A stretch of 63,845 nucleotides of DNA, filler included, from Ministeria vibrans ATCC 50519 (lineage: Eukaryota > Protista > Filasterea): NCBI GenBank assembly GCA_943704425.1. It is 6 parts of 6 records of this genome, joined end to end, with 100 filler letters (N's around TTAATTAATTAA, not from the genome) between each part and the next. Parts side by side here need not be neighbours in the genome. Positions count along the whole stretch, not along the records: positions 56,986 to 62,668 come from CALSCP010001827.1; positions 62,769 to 63,845 come from CALSCP010001589.1; 4 more parts are not named here. One strand, 5' to 3'. Shown here piece by piece: positions 56,986-63,845 of this stretch. Both the position numbers and the translations under genes were made by a program. How positions within the stretch are numbered: position 1 is the first letter of the stretch; each line of letters begins with the position of its first letter. Below the pieces are notes generated by a model. The model had not been told where the DNA came from. It ran no database searches and was given only the letters and a program-made list of their open reading frames with translations.

Positions 56986-59900
56986 GGACTGGAGGAGAGC
57001 TGTCTGCATTTTACGACGGCGGACGCCGACAAGTGGACGGTGGCGGGCAAGAATGCTGCGGTGCAGCTGATTTTGCACGATGGGTCGCAGTCGGCGTGCA
57101 GTCGACGTTGGCTGCAAGATCAGCAACTGTCACTGTCGTTTGAGGCGTACACGGTGCGCAAGACGTGGTGCGAGCAGGGACGGACGGACCAGGCTGTGCA
57201 TGAGATTGCGCGAGGCACGGTCAAGGCGCCTGGCAAGATGTTCCACGATGAGATGACGCTGACTGCGGACGCTTGTGAACTGCTGTGCGAGATTATGGAT
57301 TCTTGTTCGGCATGGACGCACCGATCGACGATTTGCTCGCTGTTTGCGGGCACGTCGTTTGGATCTGGCTCGAGCGACAAGGTGATGTTTGACGATGGGA
57401 TTGGTGGACATGCCATGTCGGGCATTGTGGCAAGTCGCAGTGCGGCGACGAGTGCAGGAGCGGGTGTGACGGCGGAGTGTCCGCCGGGTAGGACGGGAGT
57501 GTTGTGTTCTCAGTCGTATGTTCATCGCAACACGGTGTATCAGTACAATGCGGCGGGTGTGCTGGAGAACTACGGCGGAATGACGATGCTGGAGTGTGCG
57601 GACAAGTGTGCTGCGACGATTGGGTGCAGCTGGTGGACGTATGCGACGAGTGCGAAGACGTGCACGCTGTGGAAGACGGTCGGCTCCGAGGTGTTTACGG
57701 TGATCTACGATGAGGAGTACATTTCGTCGTGCAGCAGCGAGTACGTGCACGGAACGGACAAGACGCTGCGACAGTGCTGGCGCGAGCCGCCCACACCGGT
57801 GGTGGTCCCGTCAGCCAAGTGTGTGGTTCCCGATGCGGAGGTGTGTGCGTACGACTGGTACACGGGTGCCAAGGTGCTGTGTGAGACGACGTCGTCCGAA
57901 GGCACCTACTTGATGGAGATCCCGATTGGTCTCAATGTGGAGTTTGTTGCCACATTTGGGATGCATGACATTGTGTTCCAGTCTGCGGATGTATCGCCGG
58001 GTGACGCGGTAAAGAGCGAACTATCACCTCTGTGCACCAACACGCCGACGATCAAGTCGTCGTTTGTGGTGATGCCGGAGGAGGGACTCACGGGTGTCAA
58101 CTTCCTTGACGAGACGATGGAGAAGCTGACCATCACAGTTGCCGGGGGATCGCCGCAGTGCAACATGGACCTGGGCACGGCGGAGATTCGGTTGTTGCCT
58201 CGCTTTACGTGCGACGCACCTGATGTGTTCTTGACAGTCATCCAAGAGGCGGTGGTGCACACGCATGTGTTGCCTGCGACCATGTTTGACGTGGTGATGA
58301 ACAAGGTGTACGAGCGACCCGAAGTGGCGCCGTATCTGGATCGGATCCAGACGCGCACCTACTCGAAGATGGATTTGAGGATCTTTGATGAGAAGAAGGA
58401 GGAAGACAAAATTTCAAAGGGGCTGCTGACTGGTGAGCTGCCTCAGCTTTCGTCTCATCAGCAAAAGCTGTGTGACAAGGATGTGCCGGTGACTGCCGAT
58501 GTAGGGCAGCAATCTGACGCGGATAAGGCGGAGTCTGAAGCGGTGCTTGCGGAAGCGGAGTCGGCGGATCGGGAGCGAGAGATTCGGTACGAGTTCCACA
58601 CGCGGCCGCAGATACTGATCAAGATGGACAATCAATTGGACGGGGCTGCATCGGCGGACGCTTGCGTTGCGAAGGGTCGCAAGTTCCCGACGATTTTGGG
58701 CAATGGTGTCAATGTCAGTCCGGGCACGGTGAAGTTCTCGATTACGGCCCAGGAGGTGTATGGCGACAAGGCGGAGGAGGTGTGCCACTTTGTCGAGGGG
58801 TCGCTTCGCATTGTGAACACCGTTGGCACGACTACGGCCGTGTCGGCGGCCAAGCGTGACATTACGGGCGATGCGATGCCGGTGAGTGCTGCTGAGGCGG
58901 AGTCGCTTGCGGAAGATCCTGTTCTGGTGAATTTGTGTGGTCGGTATCCGGGCTGTGTGGCGAAGCTGACGATTGCGAAGAGCATTGGCAACACACCGTT
59001 GCCGTCGGACGAGTTGCCGCCCATGTTGGTCGTTGACGCGGACACTGCGGATCCCGAGCGCAATGCGGCTGTGATGTCTGCAGATACGCCGCACACACGG
59101 CCGCTCTATGTGACGATGAATGTGCCTGGCTGGGACACGCTGGACGGAATCAACTTTATTGAGATGGACGTTGCGCTTGTGGGCCAGGTTGAGCTGAGTG
59201 CGTTCTTCTCGCTGCAGCTGCCCGAGTACTTGCCGTTGATGATTGTGCGCGATCCGCCGGGTGGCGACAGTTCTGCAACGGTGGGTGCTGGCAAGTCGGT
59301 GGCGTGGGCATGGAGCAAGTCGCTGTCGGTCGGTGGTGGACTGGGTGTCCAGGCGGATCTGGCGGCGGCGACCAAGAACGACATTATGTTCTGTGCGGGG
59401 TTCGGTGCGATGGTGTGCAAGAACGGATTCAACCTGAAGACTGTCGCGGCGATGGGTCGTCGTGACGCGGAGCTGGCTGCGGAGGGGATTGTGACGGATG
59501 GAGATGTGCATGAACGCGAGACACGTGCGAAGTACAAGGTGAAGATCAAGCCGAACATGAAGTCGAATGCGGCTGCCATGGAGAAGGCGTCGGCGGCGCA
59601 GGACAAGGCGGACAAGGGAGCGAATCCACTTGAAGGGGCGTCGCTCGGATACTCGTTTGACCGCACTGCATCGTTGCCGTCGGACAACTGGGAGAAGTCG
59701 CGTGAGGTGTCGATGACGTACACTGTGTCGACGAGTGACAATCTGGGCACGGCTGGTCGCGCAGCGGACATGTATCTGGTGCCATCACTGTCGGTGAAGT
59801 TGACTCGCTCGCTGAACATCAAGTATGACGCGGCGGAGTGTGAAATGGAGGCGGAGCCGGTTGTGGTGGTTGACCCGGAAGGGGATCAGGTGATGGCGTG

Positions 59901-62668
59901 GAAGAGCGAAGATGATTTGCGCTACCGTCAGCTGCCGGATCTGCTGAAGCAGCTGCACTATGAGATTGAGAACTCGGGTCTGGTGGACACGAAGAAGCGT
60001 CTTGCGAACGCCGTCAACGGATGGATCAACATTTTGGCGTACAATGGGGCAGTGCACCATGTGGTGGGTCAGAAGACGGAGCCATGGACGGACTTTGAGG
60101 AGGAGATGAAGATGGACCCGCAGTCGTTTTCGCCGTCGTCTGCGGCGAATGCGGTCAACATCAACTCGCTGTTTACTGCGGACCAGCTTGGAGAGGGCGT
60201 GAATGCAATCAACTCGTACATGGACACGGTGGCAGCGTATGCGGCGATGATGCAGGCGTGGAAAGACAAAAACAAGGGTCTGTACGGATCGTCAAAGTAT
60301 GCCCTGCCGCCCATCAACTCGCTCAAGCTGCAGAGTGGCGTGAAGAAGTTTAATGGCGATGAGGAAGAGTCGTACACGAAGAAGCCTGCGTTGGTGCCGG
60401 ACGAGTGGGCTGACCGTGCTGGCAAGGAGCCGCAGGAGTGGACGGAGGACACACCCATCGAGTGGCGTCGCGAGAGTACGCGATCGATTGCGGAAGCTGA
60501 GGCCGCGGACATGAATACGTTTAACGGTATCAGTTTCTCGGGTGGCGGTGCGGACTTCTCGTACGGCATTGGCGGTGCGTCATCTGACAGTAGCACGGAC
60601 ACAGAGGCGTGGGAGCACACGCTGACTTTCCCGTCGCTCAAGTTTGGGTTCAAGATGAATGTGGGTGCGGGCATTGAGATTGGACTGACGATTCCGGCTG
60701 CGATGAAGGTGTCGCATGGAAGTACGTCGACTGCATCGCAGAGTGACACGCACGACATGTCGTTTACACTTGGCGATCCGGAGGTTGGCGATCAGTTTGA
60801 TGTCTTGGTAAGGGTTGAATCATGAACGGATGTCGTTGAGTATTGGATTGATGTGTATTGATCGCGATTTATGATAATTATTAATTGTGTTTGCTTGTCG
60901 ATGTTTGTCGTTTAGGTCTTCTACGACCCCATGTTCAACACGCCCGTGTTCTACACGTTGAGCGGACGGTCGATGTGTATCCACGAGGAGAACACGGTGC
61001 GTCGTGAGAGTGCACGCATGATTCTGGCCAAGTGGCCCACTGGTCCTGTGCTGCCGGACGAGCCGGCTCAGTTCGAGATTGTGCTGATGAATGACTCGCC
61101 TACGGGCGACATGTCTGACTACCGCCTTGTGATGCCGTCGGACCACAACCCGAACAACCTTGTGCCCATCATCGATGGTGACACGCTTATTGCGGAGTTG
61201 AGTCTGCTTAACTTTGAGGCTGGTAGTGTGCGTATGGATCTGCAGATGTGGCGTGCGCCCGGTGTGTACAAGTACCCTCCGTTCCGTCTTGAATGGGTGT
61301 CGGATTGCGAACGAACGTTTGCATCTGACCGTGTTATGATGAATGGCTATGACGCGACGGGTACCACGATTGATATTCCTGTGGAGTTCCTCGAACCGTG
61401 TCCTCCGGTTGAGTTTGCGGGTGATCTCTTTACGGACAGTACGTTCACGATCAACCGTGCGACACGCGAGGAGGGCGACTTTGCGGGCAAGCACAAGGAT
61501 CAGGTGCGTGTGGTGGCGGTGAACAAGAACTCGGTGGAGCAGCCATGGACGACGGGAGAGACGGAGCGTCTGGTGACTGTGGACCTTGAGTACCGCACGG
61601 CGGGCACGACGACATGGAGGAAGGCGACAATGGTGATGGTTGACGAGACTGACGAGTTCCCTGCCGAGGGTGGTTTGACGTCGTTGGCGTCGGTCTTTGG
61701 GTATGCGACGGCCTACTGGGACGTGTCGACGTTGCCGGACGGAATGTACGAGCTGCGTCTGCACAGCGTGTGCAAGGCGGCGAGTATGACGGATCCGCCG
61801 GAGACGATCAACGAGCAGTTCTCGAAGGTGATTTCGGGAGTGGCGGACCGTCAGGCGCCGCGAGTGTTTGGACACTTTGCGGAGCCGGCGTCGGGGGTGT
61901 ACTCGCCGGGGTCGGCGGTGAGCATTACGTTTGACGAGGAGCTGGACTGCCGTGAGCCGTACGGGTTTACGGTGAAGGCTGAGGCGACGATGAACAACTC
62001 GCCGTTTACATGGTCGTCGAAGGGCATCAACGAGCTGCTTGTTGTGTGCTCGGGACGCACGATCTCGGTGGAGTTTGGACTGTCTGTGCCGTGGGACAAC
62101 ATTGAGGGAGCGACGGTGAAGATGACGGTGTTTGGGATCAAGGACAAGGTGGACAACATGATTGAGACGAGCCAGCACTGGGAGTATGTGATGTCGGGAG
62201 TGACACTGGCTGCTGTGAAGGCGTCGGTGACCCAGCTTGATTTGCAGCGTCGATTGGTGCGTGCGGTGGGCGAGACGCAGGCGCATGCTGAGCAGCGATG
62301 TGCGACTGCGGTGACGCGCGAGCTGACGGAGTTGCTGAAGATTGATGTGGGACGTGTGCATGTGAGTGTGGACGGTGTGAGTGCGCTGACGGGCTTCCCG
62401 ACGATTTCGGTGTCGATTGATGCAGCTACGGGTGCACATGAGGTGAGCACTGCTGCGCTGCTGACGCGTCTGTACAACGGTGCGTTTGCTGTGAATGGCA
62501 GCGACTTGGCTGCGTCGCAGATGGAGTGGCTGTCGCGGGTGAACACGGCTGTGCCTGTGCGCATTCAGATGTCGCATGTGACTGCGGGTGGCGCGGGAGC
62601 GGGAGGAGGAGCGGGTGGTGGCATGTCGGGCATGTCGTCGTCGAGCGACCACACACTGCTGGTTGTGG
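56986..62668 (+). CDS. Large (>1,850 aa) surface protein, partial at both ends, with a PAN/apple-like domain and a core resembling giant Bacteroidetes RDPPG-motif proteins
   Basis: Open from the contig start. One phase-0 intron at 60808-60915. Motifs ECADKCAATIGCSWWTY....CTLW; PLMIVRDPPGGDSSA; ISFSGGG; FTLGDPEVGDQFDVLVFYDPMFNTPVFYTLSGRSMCIHE; WDVSTLPDGMYELR; DRQAPRVFG; ITFDEELDC. Ends at the start of a hydrophobic run (TLLVV). Confidence 0.75.
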
Positions 62669-62794
62669 NNNNNNNNNNNNNNNNNNNNNNNNNNNNNNNN
62701 NNNNNNNNNNNNTTAATTAATTAANNNNNNNNNNNNNNNNNNNNNNNNNNNNNNNNNNNNNNNNNNNNCCCCCCCCCTCATTGTCGGCTGTTCA

Positions 62795-63346
62795 TTATCG
62801 TACGACGACAGTGTAGCTGCCCGCCTCGGCGTACGTGTGCGTCGCAGTGTTGAGCGTAATTTCTTCGGCTGCGGTTGCATCGCCCCAGTCCACCACAAAC
62901 GCGTACTCATACGACCCCGTCTTGAAGAGCGGCAACGAAATGCTCTCCGACGCGCCAGTGGTGCGCCACACCGAGACAAACGCAGTCAAATCCCAGTCAC
63001 AGGAGACTCCAGAATATCCCGCAGCACACACACACACAAAGGCGGCGTCGGCCTCAGGCTGGCACGTCGCGCCGTTCAAGCAGGGCGACGACACACACGC
63101 ACCCGCAAGCGACGTTTCAAGGGCCGCAATGCGGTCCGTCAGCGACGACAGTGCCTCGGAGAAGACCGTGTCCGTCGCAACCCTCTGGCCGTGCATCATA
63201 AGGTCGCCCTCAACAACAACCGAGTGATTCGCTGCCGGCTGCAGCACAATGTCTCCATTGTCCGCAAACACGTCCACCTGTTGTCCTCTCACGTCCACCA
63301 CGCAGAGCTGGGCCAAGACCAGAACAAAGGCAACGTGAACGAACAT
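62795..63346 (-). CDS. Secreted protein, 5' part: signal peptide, cubilin-like N-terminal segment with coiled coil, EGF, PKD-like domain of BspA/DUF285 type
   Basis: CVSSPCLNGATC...FVCVCAAGYSGVSC (EGF); AFVSVWRTT...ISLPL...VDWGD...THTYAEAGSYTV (PKD). Probable GT donor at 62803. Confidence 0.75.
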   Translation of the reverse strand: MFVHVAFVLVLAQLCVVDVRGQQVDVFADNGDIVLQPAANHSVVVEGDLMMHGQRVATDTVFSEALSSLTDRIAALETSLAGACVSSPCLNGATCQPEADAAFVCVCAAGYSGVSCDWDLTAFVSVWRTTGASESISLPLFKTGSYEYAFVVDWGDATAAEEITLNTATHTYAEAGSYTVVVR

Positions 63347-63514
63347 AAAAACTGTGTGAACTCACTGTGACTGACTGTAATACAACTCAAAACTGTTACT
63401 GTCAACAGTGTTTACAGATTGATTTGAAATGAATTTTGAGATTTCAGTGAATACTGAATTCAGTCCTCAGACTCCTCACACATTTTTACTCACCTCCCTA
63501 CTCTAATAGTCACC

Positions 63515-63547
63515 ATGGGTTCCGACCTCGACTCGTGGGTGCAACTC
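63515..63547 (+). CDS. Possible first exon of a PP2A-family (PP4/PP6-like) phosphatase catalytic subunit
   Basis: CACC-ATG context, MGSDLDSWVQL, then a GTAAGA donor. Only 11 codons, so weak. Confidence 0.3.
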
Positions 63548-63845
63548 GTAAGAGAGAATAGAATATTAAAAAAAAACAATAACCAGTGAGCCGATGGCTT
63601 GATGGCACTCATTGTGCCCAGCACGGCCAAGGGTCAGCGGTGCCTTCTCATCGCTGTGTGTGGTGCGGTGTGTGTTTTTAAGAGAGAGACTTGAGCATGA
63701 ACTCACATTTCCGCCCACCACGCACGCACGCCGCCGCCCACGCACACCCACACCCAGCGACACCCCCCGCCGGCGCCCTCCGCCCCGCCTCGCCCCCCGC
63801 CCGCCCCCCCCAGCCCCTTCGCATCGCCTCCTTCTCGCTTCGGTT

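Noticed and set aside
60820-62652. Long antisense or alternate-frame ORFs (60820-62652, 40978-42255, 19721-21061, 10337-11551)
   Set aside because: Shadows of GC-rich, codon-biased real genes; no motifs of their own.

Overview
Eukaryotic (protist-like) genomic DNA with short spliceosomal introns full of (CT)n, (CA)n and (ATT)n microsatellites and very short intergenic regions. The window is six contigs joined by artificial 100-bp N/TTAATTAATTAA spacers (30847-30946, 51499-51598, 54496-54595, 56886-56985, 62669-62768), so adjacency across spacers is meaningless. Most genes are housekeeping: HIS7, a patatin TAG lipase, an SV2-like MFS transporter, TBC1D13-like, LRR and ankyrin proteins, B3GALT6-like, PWP1, SRP72, an NPHP3-like TPR protein, an OSBP-related protein, NPEPL1 and a filamin-like start. 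The standout is one 13-exon gene (9242-30000) whose 12 introns I phased by hand. It encodes a ~6,200-aa type I membrane protein. In order: signal peptide; a vitellogenin/apoB-type large lipid transfer (LLTP) module apparently interrupted by an astacin metalloprotease-LysM-Ig cassette bracketed by paired basic cleavage sites; bacterial-type cadherin-like repeats, one split by a ~1,100-aa insert; TSP3 repeats; an unrecognised six-Cys repeat; a duplicated 368-aa unit; a Myxococcus-type Cys-rich repeat; a GPS (HL/T) autoproteolysis motif; one TM helix; and a cytoplasmic tail. Two other contigs carry bacterial-like/eukaryotic chimeric surface proteins. All domain calls are from motif recognition by eye, not database searches.
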